The notes under the pieces were generated by a model. The model saw only the letters and a list, made by a program, of their open reading frames with translations. It had not been told where the DNA came from and did no database searches. The position numbers and the translations under genes are program-made. Positions 12,879 through 29,104 of a stretch of DNA of 64,000 nucleotides are shown piece after piece. Numbering within the stretch: the first letter of the stretch is position 1; each line of letters begins with the position of its first letter. The stretch is taken from assembly GCF_009914755.1 (NCBI RefSeq), contig NC_060928.1, one strand, 5' to 3'. Origin of the DNA: the human T2T-CHM13v2.0 reference genome, Homo sapiens.

Positions 12879-15010
12879 CTTTTTTTTAACTTTTAAGTTC
12901 AAGGGTACAAGTGCAGGTTTGTTACATAGGTAAACTTGTGTTATGGGGGTTTGTTGTGTAGATTATTTCATCACCCAGGTATTAAGTCTAGTACCCATTA
13001 GTTGTTTTTCTTGATCGTCTTCCTCCTTCCACCCTCCAGCCTCCAAAAGGCCCCAGTGTGTGTTGTTCCCCTCTATTCGTCCGTGTTTTCTCATCATTTA
13101 GCTCCCACTTATAAGTGAGAATATGTGGTGTTTGGTTTTCTGTTCCTGCATTAATTTGCTAAGGATAATGGCCTCCAGCTCCATCCATGTCCCTGCAAAA
13201 ATCAAGATACTGTTCTTTTTTATGGCAGCATAGTATTCCATGGTGTATATGTACCACGTTTTCTTTATCCAGTCTATCACTGATGGGCATTTAGGTTGAT
13301 TGTATGTCTTTGCTATTGTGAATACTGCTGCAATGACCATACATGTGCACGTGACTTTATAATGTGACTTTGGGTATATACCCAGTAATGGGATTGCTGA
13401 ATTGAATGGTATTTCTGCCTCTAGGTTTGTGACAAATCGCCACACTGTCTTCCACAATGGCTGAATTAATTTACACTCCCACCAACAGTGTATAAGCATT
13501 CCTTTTTCTCCACAACCTCGCCAGCATCTGTTATTTTATGATTTTTTAAATAATAGCCATCTAACTGGTGCGAGATAGTATCTCATTGTGGTTTTGATTT
13601 GCATTTCTCTAATGATCAGTGATGTTGAGCTTTCTTTCATATGCTTGTTGGTTGCATGTATGTCTTCTTTTGAAAAGTGTCAGTTTATGTCCTTTGTCCA
13701 CATTTTTATGGGGTTGTTTGCTTTTTTCTTGAAAATTTTTTTAAGTTTCTTATATATATGTAAATTCCTTATACATTCCTTGCAGATGCTGGATATTAGA
13801 CCTTTGTCGGATGCATAGTTTGCAAAAATTGTCTTCCATTCTGTAGGTTGTCTGTTTACTCTGTTGATATATATATATGTATATATATATGTATATATAT
13901 GTATATACATATACATATATATATTGCTGTGCAGAAGCTCTTCAGTTTAATTAGATTTTTTGTCAATTTTTACTTTTGTTGCAATTGCTTTTGGTGTCTT
14001 CATCATCAAATATTTCCCCATGCCTCTGTCCTGAATGGTATTGCCCAGGTCGTCTTCCAAGGTTTTTATAGTGTTGGGTTTTACACTTAGATCTTTAATG
14101 CATTTGAGTTAATTTTTGTATATGGTGTAAGAAATGGGTACAGTTTCAATCTTGTGCATGTGGCTAGCCAGTTATCTCAGCCCCATTTATTGACTAGGGA
14201 ATCCTTTCTCCATTCTTTTTTTTTGTCAGATTTGTTGAAGATAAGATAGTTGTAGGTGTGTGGTCTTATTTCTGGGTTCTCTATTCTGTTCCATTGTTCT
14301 ATGTGTCTGTTCTTGTACCAGTATCATCTTGTTTTGGTTACCACAGCCCTGTAGTATAGTTTGAAGTCAGATAGTGTGATACCTCTAGCTTTGTTCTTTT
14401 TGCTTAAAATTGCCTTGGCTATTTGGGTTCCTTTTTGATTCCATGTAAATTTTAATATAGTATTTTTCTAGTTCTGTGAAGAATGCCAGTGGTAGTTTAA
14501 TGGGAATAGCATTGAATCTATAAATTACTTTGGGCAGTATGTCTATTCTAAAGATATTGATTCTTCCTATCCATAAGCATGGAATATTTTTCCATATATT
14601 TGTGTCATCTCTGATTTCTTTGAGCAGTGGTTTGTAGTTCTCTTTGTAGAGATCTTTCACCTTCCTTGTTCGTTGTATTCCTGGGTATTTTCTTCTTTTT
14701 GTGGCAATTGTGAATGGGAGTTTATTCTTGATTTGGCTCTTGGCTTGACTGTTGGTGGTGTGTAGGAATGCTAGTGGTTTTGCACATTGATTTTTTATCC
14801 TGAGACCCTTCTGAAGTTGTTTATCAGCTTAAGAAGCTTTTGGGCTGAGACTATGGGGTTTTCTAGATATAGGATCATGTCATCTGCAAACAGGGATAGT
14901 TTGACTCCCTCTCTTCTAATTTAATGCCCTTCTTTCTTTCTCTTGCCAGATTGCCCTGGCCAGAACTTCCAATACTATGTTGAGTAGGAGTGGTGAGAGA
15001 AGGCATCCTT
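12879..15010 (-). mobile_element. L1PA (about L1PA13-like), 5'-truncated, 2.1 kb
   Basis: T-tail, then an L1PA 3' UTR; ORF-track peptides 13098..13499 (HCWWECKLIQPLWKTVW) and 14385..14660 are ORF2p C-terminal fragments. Confidence 0.93.
13867..13925. repeat. (TA)n/(TATG)n microsatellite inside L1
   Basis: Directly visible. Confidence 0.9.
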
Positions 15011-15580
15011 GAATGGTTTATTTTCTTCTCTTTAAAGAATCTTTATATTATAAAGCCAAATGCATATTATGCATATTATGAAGTTAGTCAGCAGCCTTTA
15101 TTAGCTACACTAATTCATGTATGGCTTGTCATTTTATATTTTTGGATGGTTTTTCCATTTTATCTCTTTGAACAGTTAATCCTTATAATAATGTGCTGAT
15201 AACGTATAAGAGGGTGATTCACAATTAGAGATCAGTGACATCTGCTTTCCAGGGTTGTCAGTGCACCCAGAGTACTCTGTCACACTATCACACTACTGCT
15301 GTCAGGGAGACCCTGCTGGGATAGGCTGCTCTAGCAGTAGGCCACCCATCTAAATCACACACATGGATGGTTTCCTCATGCTTGGGGCTAAATCAGGGAG
15401 AGAAATTGGAGTTCAAGAAAGGTGATGTCTCAGTTAACCTTCACTGCCCTACAACAAGATAGTTTGGAAAGGATGGAAGAGGTAAAGACCATCTGGGTTT
15501 AGCCCACTTCTCTCTTATTTATTTCTTCCCTCCTTCCACCCTCAGCTCTAGCCTTGAGTTTATTTATGTATCCTGTTACA

Positions 15581-16700
15581 GGGTTATTCTTATACAAAAA
15601 ATAAAAAGGGAAGTAGAGCAATTAAACAGAGCATTTGATCAAGGAACATAATCTGAAATCTCTCTTTATTGTCAATAATAGAATTTTGCTTCCCATTAAT
15701 AACCTGAATAAATGTGCCAGGTCTTCACCTTTTCAGACACAGATAAAAAAGCGTAGACATTTAATGGACTTAGGAGGAGTCCAACTGTGAACCCTGACAC
15801 CAGCCTACTTAGTGTGTTTCCTCAAGAAACAATTGTGCTCAATATTTTCAATAGAAGAATGCTTCATAGGTTTTGAAATTAAAAAGACAAAATCTTTAGC
15901 TATTTTTAGGAAATATCCTTTATGGTTTTGTTGTTTGATGTAGAAATAGTAAAGGAGTTAAGTTTCCTTTAAAAGGTCTTTAAGTTGCCATTGGAAAGAT
16001 GGGTGTGTTTGAAAAATGTAACAAAGTGCATTTGGGAAATTTAGATTCCATCCTGTGAAGAGGCAGGATGAAAGAAGGACAAGTATTTTCCACACTACAA
16101 TGAACATGAAATGGTTTCAATGATCAGAGGGGATTTTTAATTGACTAAGAGAATGTCATGTAATCAAAATTTATTTTTAATAGTGTTTGGTGAAGGAAAT
16201 TCTTTTTTAAGTTAAATAATCATGGAGATAATTGCAACAAAAAATAAGGGTTGATCTATATAATCCTTCCAAGTACAGTATAGAGCAAATAAAAAGATGG
16301 GGGACCCCCAAAAACAAACCTCCAAAAAGTGAAAAACTGCATTACACCTTATAGAGAAACCAGAGACTGCAGGCAGAACAGGAAGAGAAATTGAAAGCTG
16401 TGTACCACACAAATAAAGCCACCACTTCTTACATGATGAGCAGCTGTAGCATGAATTTACAGCACACATTGGATGGGAGGAAAGCTCATTACCTTCTATA
16501 CAACTAAGAGCAAATCCAAGAGCTGCAGGAATTGTTTATGGAGAATCTCTAAATAAAGCAGAAACTTAGAACAACTGTAGTTGGAGAACCTAAGAATATT
16601 TGATGTTGATTTCAATTCTGATAAAAGAGAGGAAAAATTCTAGCAAGACTTATATGAGATATAAATGATATGGAATACAGAAATCAGTTCACAATAAAAC
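15581..16700 (+). mobile_element. Probable ancient Dong-R4 clade LINE (Mam_R4-like) reverse-transcriptase fossil
   Basis: Manual frameshift-tolerant translation gives RAFDQG (15628), LFIV..LNK, HLMDLGGVQL (15758), IFS..IGFEIKKTKSLAIFRK and NGFN, collinear with R4 RT motifs RGIFQG / HLLYMDDLKL / IFS..MEFGLDKC / LNGGN. Confidence 0.55.
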
Positions 16701-17393
16701 CTCTGTTTAATAAGAAAGAGAAAATATTTAATTTCTAAAACATTTTCTTAGCCCCCTGAGATATAATTTGTTCCTTAGTCTGAAAATATTGAAGGAAATG
16801 TCAGAATCACACAATATTATTTATAAGGTTTTGGCCCAATAAATAATTATACTCATTAAAACTTTACTATATATTTTTCTTATTCCTTAGCTTGAATTCA
16901 GTTACTATCAATGTTTTAGTTCAAAATTATACAAAGAAAACAATTACTTTAAGCACTTTAAATACATAAATTGAGTGAAACCAGCTGATAATTTCAATAA
17001 AAATTTGTATCCAGAGTAGTCAGAAGTGGTAGGTCAGCCCCCAAACCTCTCTTGATTGTAGGGGCCTAAAGGCTTTTCCTCTATGGGTATGCTTCTTCTT
17101 ATCACAGCTTTTCTCAAAGCAAGTTGCACTTGCCTATGTTTGAAAGGCTGTTCTCAGTACGCCAGTTCTTCATATCTTATATAAATAGATTTTCAGTGAT
17201 TACTTTCCAGTTTCACATGATACTGCATTATAAAAATATCTCCGTGTTTCTGATGTTTAAACACTTCTCATGTCCTCAATGAATAATTAAGCATGACTCC
17301 CTATTCAGTTTTCATAGCTTCTAATATAAAAGACTTTATAACTTTTATAAGGAAAAAACAGTATTCAGAATATGATACTCCATAGAAAAATAT

Positions 17394-20028
<2,635 letters not shown>

Positions 20029-20417
20029 AATATGCTAACTTAAAAAACAGAAGTTTGCATAGGAGATACAAATTTGTAGAATATAAAGGTAATATTCATC
20101 AGCAAAGTCCTATTGCATTTTAATTTCAAAGGGATTAAATTATACATGGTTTAAGTTTTTACCTGAAGACGTATATTAGAATTAATTATTTTGTTTTTCA
20201 GTTTTAATGAGGAAACTTTAAATACCTGTTTTTAAAGTCTGCATTAATACTGTTTTATTCTAATAATAGCTCTCAGCTAGCAGTACTGTTTTTTAACAAA
20301 CATTTCTTTTTTGAATACCTATTATGATGGTCAGTGCTAAATTGTCAATGGGATAGGATCCAAAGGTAAATTTGATAAAAATTCCTATCCTTGGGAGACA
20401 TAGAAAAATACATGCAC

Positions 20418-20700
20418 TTTTTTTTTATTATTATACTTTAAGTTCTGAGATACATGTGCAGAACATGCACATTTGTTACATAGGTATACATGTGCCATGG
20501 TGGTTTCTTGCACCCATCAACCCGTCATCTATGTTAGGTATTTCTCCTAATGCTCTCCCTCCCCTAGATCCCACCCCCTGACAGGTCCCGGTGTGTGATG
20601 TTCCCCTCCATGTGTCCACGTGTTCTCGTTGTTAAACTCCCACTTATGAGTGAGAACATGCGGTGTTTGGTTTTTGTTCCTGTGTTAGTTTGCTGAGAAT
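20418..20700 (-). mobile_element. L1PA7/8-like 3' end fragment
   Basis: TTATTATACTTTAAGTTCTGAGATACATGTGCAGAAC...CCCACTTATGAGTGAGAACATGCGGTG. Confidence 0.9.
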
Positions 20701-20733
20701 ACATTTAATTAGAGTTAACTAACTACTTAGAGA

Positions 20734-21090
20734 AGTACTTCTAAAATTATTTTGGTCTCAGGACTCCTTCAATCTCTTCAAAATTATTGGGGATCCTAAA
20801 GAATTTTTGTTTGTTTAGCTTATATCTATCAATATTTACCACGTTAGAAATTAAAACTGAAAAAATTTAAAATACAAGTATACAATAATAATACATTACT
20901 TTAAGTGTCAGTATGATCATCTTATCCCATGTCATGTAGCCTCTGCAAAACTCTACTGTACATACACTTATGAGAAAATGAGAATGAAAATGCAAAAATG
21001 TCTTAGCATTAGTGATAAAATATTCTTGACTTTACGAAGCCTCTGAAAGGGTCTTCAAGGCCCCCAGAGACTATAAGTTATCAACCAGTA
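20734..21090 (+). mobile_element. Non-autonomous hAT-Charlie element (Charlie18a/MER119-like)
   Basis: TTTGGTCTCAGGACTCCTT...AAAATTATTGGGGATCCTAAAGA; shares its 5' end with the element at 2149. Confidence 0.65.
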
Positions 21091-21314
21091 AACTAGAGGA
21101 GATGTTTGATGCTATAGTTGATACGTCATCAAAACATCATGATGATACAGGAAAGAGAGTAATTTATATCAATCAATGATTAAAATTGTTAATGATTACC
21201 ACTTCACTAATACTGGTCTCCAATTGATCCTAGATTTCAATAAAAAGCAAATAAATGAAATAAATAGCAACAATAGTTTTTACCAAGTAGTTCAGTTCAT
21301 GAAATGAAGGCATT

Positions 21315-21335
21315 CCCCTGCCACCTGGTGGCAAG
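21315..21335 (-). promoter_or_regulatory. Candidate CTCF binding site
   Basis: Minus strand CCACCAGGTGGCAG matches the CTCF core CCASYAGRKGGCRS; lies in non-repeat AT-rich DNA. Confidence 0.6.
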
Positions 21336-22137
21336 GTGTCCTAATTAGGTATTAAGGGTTTTTTTGTTTGTTTTTTTGAGTGGCACACAATTGCAATATA
21401 TCTTAGTTGCAAATTTAGAGTTTTTTGAATGTTGATTCTACCACTAAACATTATAAAATTATATTTGGAACCTCTGAAACATGCCAACCTAATGCTAAAT
21501 AGTTCTTCAATACAATAAAAGCAAATAGGCTAAAATCCAACTGTGTTTTAAAGAACCAATCATTATGCAAGGTTTCCATAGTGCTTTGAATATAGTTGGA
21601 CTTCAAAATTTCAAGGTGACAAAAAGATAAGTTTTCTTTGTTATTCTCTAATGCATTTTCTCACCGTGTAGTAAAAGAAACAGTAAGAGGAGTCTACAAC
21701 TGCTACTACATTTAGGTTTTGTGAGCTCAGCCTGGGGTGGGAGGTTGAGAAAATGTCCTAGAAAAGATCACTGTAGCAGACTCCGATTCCACTCTACACA
21801 GAGAAGTTCCTAAGGGAATGTATGTTGCTGCAGCAGATGAAATACATCAGTACATGGATACCTGGAAAGAGCAAGTAGGGCAGCAATGGAGGACCAGAAG
21901 AACTTCAATCCTAAGAAAAATGGTAGGATGATACGAAATTGTCTGAGGCTATTACTCTTTCTTGGGTTAAATCATATTATCTTCCTTATGTCTTGTTTCT
22001 AACCATGACAATAAGACTAGATTTTATTATTTTACTGAGGCACTTTTGAGCTTTTGTAAATCAGTAACTTACTAACTGATAATTTTCATAAGCTTTTAGC
22101 ATCCTTCCCAATCTTGAGAGGTACAATATAGCATAGA

Positions 22138-22400
22138 GTAGTGGTGCCAACCTGGGAGGATGTGAACATTTTGCAAGACACCTAAACATGAAGAGTTTTA
22201 AGGGAATCAATTTTCTGACACTTTACTTCCATATGTAGCTTTTCCCCAAAATTGTTCTGCCAGAAATCAAGCCTATATTCACAAAAGCCCAAATACCACT
22301 TTATGAAGGATATGCAAATTCCTCATTCATTTTATAAGTTACTAAGGTGCATTACCCTGAAGGCTAAACAAATCTGGGTGCCTAAGGAAGGGGAGGCCTT
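22138..22400. mobile_element. Old hAT-Charlie-like fragment
   Basis: AGTTTTAAGGGAATCAATTTTC...ACTTCCATATGTA motif recalled from Charlie-type MITEs. Confidence 0.4.
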
Positions 22401-22582
22401 TCCCAGTGATTAATCATAGTACCATGAACCTAGAGGGCTTTTAGGCTCTCCCAGCTTCATACATACTTTTGTTAAGGATAAAGCCTAGAGGTAGAAATGA
22501 TATTTTTGCCACTTAAGAATGCGGTGAATTCAGGTAGGTATAAAGGTATAAATTTTTATTTAGCAATGTTGCTTCTTTCCTT

Positions 22583-22898
22583 CTTTTGGTGTTTTTTTGT
22601 TCGTTTGTTTGTTTGACAAGGTCTTGCTCTGAGACAAGTTCTTGCTCTGTCACCCAGGCTGGAGTGCAGCGGCACAATCTTGGCTCACTGCAACCTCTAC
22701 CTCCAGACCCAAGGGATTCTCCCAAGTAGCTGGTACTACAGGTACACACCACCATGTCTAGCTAACTTTTGTATTTTTTTAAAGAGATGGGGTTTCACTA
22801 TTTGCCCAGGCTGGTCTCAAACTCCTGGGCTCAAGCAATCATCCCCTCTCAGCCTCCCAAAGTGCTGGAATTACAGGCGCGAGCCACTGTGCCCAGAC
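22583..22898 (-). mobile_element. AluJ (Jb-like)
   Basis: Dimeric Alu with CTGGGCTCAAGCAATC; (TTTG)n tail; short duplication GACAAG(G/T)TCTTGCTCT at the tail junction. Confidence 0.9.
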
Positions 22899-23383
22899 TT
22901 CTTTTGTCTCCTATTTCAAAAAAATTCTTTTTTGAACTTCCATAAGGAAGTTCATTAAGAACATAGCAGAAAGAGCATCAGTAACAATTATTAAATGCTT
23001 AAAAATAATATTTTCTGCATATTTAAATGACAGGAAAGCTTTCCTATTCTTCTCAATATTATTCTTTAGTATTTAAAAGCACCAAAGAATAACCTAAAAA
23101 CATACAGTACTAAAGCTTTGTTTTAAATATAGTTGATTATTTTCTGGAAATATTGAAAATTTTAAAATATATTAGAAAAAACTGTGGATAAAATTTTAAT
23201 GCAATTTCTTTCAGACTTAATGTGTTTTGTTCAATAGTGATTAAAATCTGTTTTTTCAAGTCATGTCATGTGAGATTTATCCTGATTACCATGAATTCTC
23301 CTCTTACTTGATCATAAAAATGTTAAATATTTTCTATCTCTTTTTAATAAAAGTTAAAATTATAAACTAGCCATCGGACCAAC

Positions 23384-23837
23384 TGTCACATCTGTGACAG
23401 CTTTTGTTTCAAATTATGTTTCGAGAAACGTTTGTGTAGCAGAAAACCTTGGAAAAAAGAGATAGTGTCACCCCTGGGCACAGAAGGCAGAATTGTTTTT
23501 GAGCAAGATAAAAAAAATATTCCCCTTTGGGGAAAAGGTTGAGTGGGTTTACTAGCAGACCCTTTAAAAGATTGAGAGTTTCCCAAGCTTGGGATTTCTC
23601 AGTTGTTACAGAAATCTACTGGGAGCACATTGTCCCCCAGGTGACTTGGTAGACAAAGGAAGCCAATGTAAGCATGGAGTTCACACTACTCACTGCCTGC
23701 TGTGCTGTGAGTACTAAAGTTCTTTGTCTCTGACCCAGAAGTCTCATGTCTTCTTGTCAGCATCTGTGAAACTGTAGCAGGCTCATTTGGTAACTTGCAG
23801 GCAGGGTAAAATTTCAGGCCTTTCATAGTTCTTGCCA
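23384..23837 (+). mobile_element. LTR40a (ERVL) LTR
   Basis: Ends AAAGTTCTTTGTCTCTGACCCAGAAGTCTC...GCAGGGTAAAATTTCAGGCCTTTCATAGTTCTTGCCA. Confidence 0.7.
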
Positions 23838-23839
23838 GG

Positions 23840-24310
23840 ACTAACACTTTACAAATGGAAAGTACAAGCCTAAGGCAGCAAAGAAAAGGCAAGGAAGGAG
23901 AAGAGAGGCAAGCAGTGTACTATACTGATTACCATAACAAAACCACAAAGAGACATAGCAAGTTATTTAGCAGTCACAGTCACTCTGTGTTTTAGACCTT
24001 TCTGGAAGGGTTTAAAGGAGCAACCCATTCTGAGTAGTCCATAAGAGAGAGAAAAAGGAGGGGGAAATTTTCTCCTTGGCTCCCTTCCACATCCTCTTCT
24101 CCTTGATCAAGATTTACATCCACGGTGATCTAGCTCCCCCATACTTCTTGGTTGCATCTTGGTGGCTGCTCAGAAAACCAGTTCCTATTCTTTAAAGTAT
24201 AGTGTCTTATTCAAATATGAAAGTGGAAGAGTGACTTTGTGCAAGTAAAGTGCTGACCATGGCAGAGAAAGAAGGGTGTAGACAAGAGAATTTGAGGTGT
24301 CCAGGGTTTC
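23840..24310 (-). mobile_element. LTR33-like (ERVL) LTR
   Basis: GGCTCCCTTCCACATCCTC...TTGATCAAGATTTACATCCACGG...CTCCCCCATACTTCTTGGTTGC resembles LTR33. Confidence 0.45.
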
Positions 24311-24411
24311 TATTTTAATATAATGTGTAACAAATTTACTTGCATGTCAAGCAGTTCCTATGTTTCTTCTTTCCATAAAATTAAATAGGAACCTAATGGA
24401 GTTTTCAGCTG

Positions 24412-24414
<3 letters not shown>

Positions 24415-24456
<42 letters not shown>
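24415..24456. repeat. (AC)21 microsatellite
   Basis: Perfect repeat, directly visible. Confidence 0.97.
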
Positions 24457-24458
<2 letters not shown>

Positions 24459-25438
24459 CACCACCAACAAGAAACATTCATTTGTGTGACCTATGTTACT
24501 TAGTAATTCCAAGTAGGAATTACTGGGGAAAACATGTGTAGATTAATATAGAATCCTGTCCATTTATGTATAAATAGTGAAACTGGGGAAAATAACTCCA
24601 TTCATCCCATTAAGATGTACATTTCTAATAAAATTAAACTTTCAAATTTAATGGTTATTTACCAAAATTTGTAACAGGTGTTCTTTTGATTAATGATGAA
24701 CTAATAATAGTTATAAAAATAACCCAGGAGAAACTGTTAAATATGTAAAGTCTTTTGGTTACAAGGAGGAAAACAAAATTTAAATTTTAACTTCTGTACA
24801 TATTTTTGGTATGGGAAAGCATGATAAAATGATCAATAATAAACTTTTAAGTATAAGATATTGTATAATTAGATTAAAATTCTGTGGACTGAAATTACAT
24901 GGTAGAGTTATAAAAAAGAAATATGTAAATTTTCATAGCTGAACAACGACTTTTTCGTGTATGTATTTTTTAGGGGGTTATTACATATTAATGGTATTCA
25001 AATTCCATTAGATTCATTAAAAATAGTGAAGTATTTGTTTTAGTCCCAATATTGGAGAATTGGAGAAAGTATATTAATTACAGTTATAATGAAACATTTT
25101 AAATCAACTAAAAACGTGATTGAGTGTAAAATTTACAAAAAAAATTTCTAGTGGGCAAGCAAACAAAAAAGTTTGAAGATATCTGTTTGAGTGACCAATA
25201 GGAAATAGGGCAAATTCAGATGTCATTTGAGTAAACTGACAAAGTAAGAAATGTCACCTAGTGTCATCTGAGCAATTCTGTGGTAGGGGTGACATTCAAA
25301 ACTAGGTAATTTGTCAAAAGTACAAATGTTTTCAATTATAAGCATGGACATATGGGCATAGTAAAAAGATAATAATGCTATAATCACTAGAATTATTGAC
25401 TAATTTTACTTTTCCTTTTACAAGTCTATATTTTGTAC

Positions 25439-25735
<297 letters not shown>

Positions 25736-25802
25736 TATATTTTATACAATTTCAGAAATAAGCTTGTGTAACTTAACTAACCAGAGAAAGTACATGTGCA
25801 TA

Positions 25803-25986
25803 CCATATTTCATCAAATCTACAACAACATTGATTATGAGATACACGATTATCTTTTGTTTCACTGGGAAGAAACACTGCCCATTGGAGCAATGACATGA
25901 TATTTATTGCCATTGATTATAAGATGACTCACGATTTCAGAAGTGTTAAAATGTAAAGAAATTGCTTTAGAATGAATGGATTACAG
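25803..25986 (-). mobile_element. MER104 (TcMar-Tc2 MITE)
   Basis: TIRs CCATATTTCATC...GAATGGATTACAG flanked by TA on both sides; internal GATTTCAGAAGTGTTAAAATGT. Confidence 0.7.
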
Positions 25987-26004
25987 TATTTTGTATAATA
26001 AATG

Positions 26005-27312
<1,308 letters not shown>

Positions 27313-27320
<8 letters not shown>

Positions 27321-27505
27321 TTCAGCAAGTTCCCAGGTGTTGCTGATACTACTGTAGTTTTGGGAGTAGAAATAGCTACCCACAGGGCTTCTTAAACTTT
27401 AACATCCATAAAAACCACCTGGGGTGGGATGGGACCTAGTAGGTCTGGGGCACACCTGAGATTCTGCACTACCAACCAGCTCTTAGAAGAACTCTGATGC
27501 TTCTG
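27313..27505. mobile_element. MER5A/B fragments
   Basis: TTGCATTTTCAGCAAGTTCCCAGGTGTTGCTGAT; CTTCTTAAACTTT...TAGTAGGTCTGGGG...CTGAGATTCTGCA. Confidence 0.6.
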
Positions 27506-27519
27506 TGTTCACAGCTTTG

Positions 27520-28400
27520 GCAGAAAGGGCTTAGGGGAATCACAGAAGGATTCCAAGAAAGAGTTACATTTCAGCCAAGATTGAAGGATGAGTATATTTC
27601 TCTGGAAAGATACAGGGTAGAGAAGAATAGAAGGTGAGAGAGGAAGAAAAGAGAAGAATAATTTTGCAGAGGGTATAACATGAGCCATGCCAGGTTGAAT
27701 GAAAAAGTCAGACATTGGAGGTGGAAGATGACCTCTTACTGAGAGGTAAGTCATATTACAAAAGACATGTTTGAATTTTCTTTCCTATATGTGGAAGTGC
27801 ATTGAAATATTGCAATCAGGAGAGTCATGTGATCAGACTGTCAGTATAGAAATACATCTCTGACCGTGGAATAAAAGTATGATTGGAAAAGAAACTGGAG
27901 GCTGGAAAACCAGTTGTTGCAATTGTGCAGTGAGAAATGACAGATGTTTTAATTAAGGCGGTTACAATGGGGTGAAAGAGGAGGAGCCAGATTAAGAGAT
28001 GTTTAGGAAGAACAATCAACATGACTAGGTAAAAACTGGATGTAGGGGAGAGAGCAGGGGAAAGCTAGATGCTAACTGGGTGGTGTGATTTACCAGAATA
28101 AGGAATGTGTGTTTAAGTTTTGTGCAGAAGATGACCAGGTTCATCAGATATGCTGAGGTTAAGGTAATTCCTGTATAGCCACCTACAAATGTCTACAAGA
28201 TCTTTGTAAAAGAATGGAGGACAGAAGAGACAAATGGGTTGAAGTCATGAACTTGGTAGTAATCTGGTTCTGAGTGTTAATTGAAGTGAAGTTCCTTGAT
28301 GAAATCTACAGAATGCAAAAGAGATTAAAAGAGCCAAAGTCTCTTTTGCATCCAAGAGACACTCACATCTAAGAGGCAAATGAAAGAAGGGATCCGGGGA
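27520..28400 (-). mobile_element. L2
   Basis: Purine-rich antisense L2 body (CTGGAGGCTGGAAAACCAGTT, TTAAGAGATGTTTAGGAAG). Confidence 0.65.
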
Positions 28401-29104
28401 AAGAAAGGGAGGCATTTCTTTCAACAGGGGAAATTATTTTAATTTGAAATTCAATGAGGAGATAATGTCAGTCTCAAGGAGTTAATTTGAAATTTTTTCT
28501 TTTAATATTTAATATATATGTTCACCCCTTATAGGCAGTAGATAAAATATTCTCCATTTTCATAATTTTCTTAAGGTAAAAGATAATGATCATTTAATGT
28601 ATGTTTAACTTTTGGTTTGTGGAAGGTCTTTCATGCTTTGTTTTCTATTTAAGTCTTCAATTACTTCTCAATAGAGAGCATAACAAGAAAAATTCTGATT
28701 TCCTTCCTTGCATCTAAATCTGTATTTAATAACTGAATGTCTGTAAACAGTACCAGGCAATGCAGTAATTATACGATTACTAAAGGGCATTGTTGGTATG
28801 AACATATTTCATTTAGATGCAAACTTTGGTGCTGTATTTCAGACACTTCAGAAATACAGTGATCCACACTAGAAATTAGCAGAGATCTACAACATATCGA
28901 TACTAACGGTTTATAACATGTTTACAAATATTTCTCTATTATTTGCTCCCAAGATGACAATTACTGTAGGTTTACGAAGGGGCATGATCTAGCTCTTCTG
29001 CCCCATATTATGTTTCAAGAAGGACCATGCAATTGAATCTTTAACCACATAGATTAAGTACTGATTCTTCTATTTCTTAGATGTTATTCTTGGGCAAGTT
29101 GGTT

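Noticed and set aside
13098-14660. L1 ORF2p fragments as CDS
   Set aside because: 5'-truncated, interrupted L1; not functional
16370-16600. Apparent double-homeobox-like peptides (EQEEKLKAVY..., EQIQELQELFMEN)
   Set aside because: No WFQN helix 3, spacing too short for two homeodomains, and the upstream sequence is better explained as the continuation of an R4-type LINE ORF
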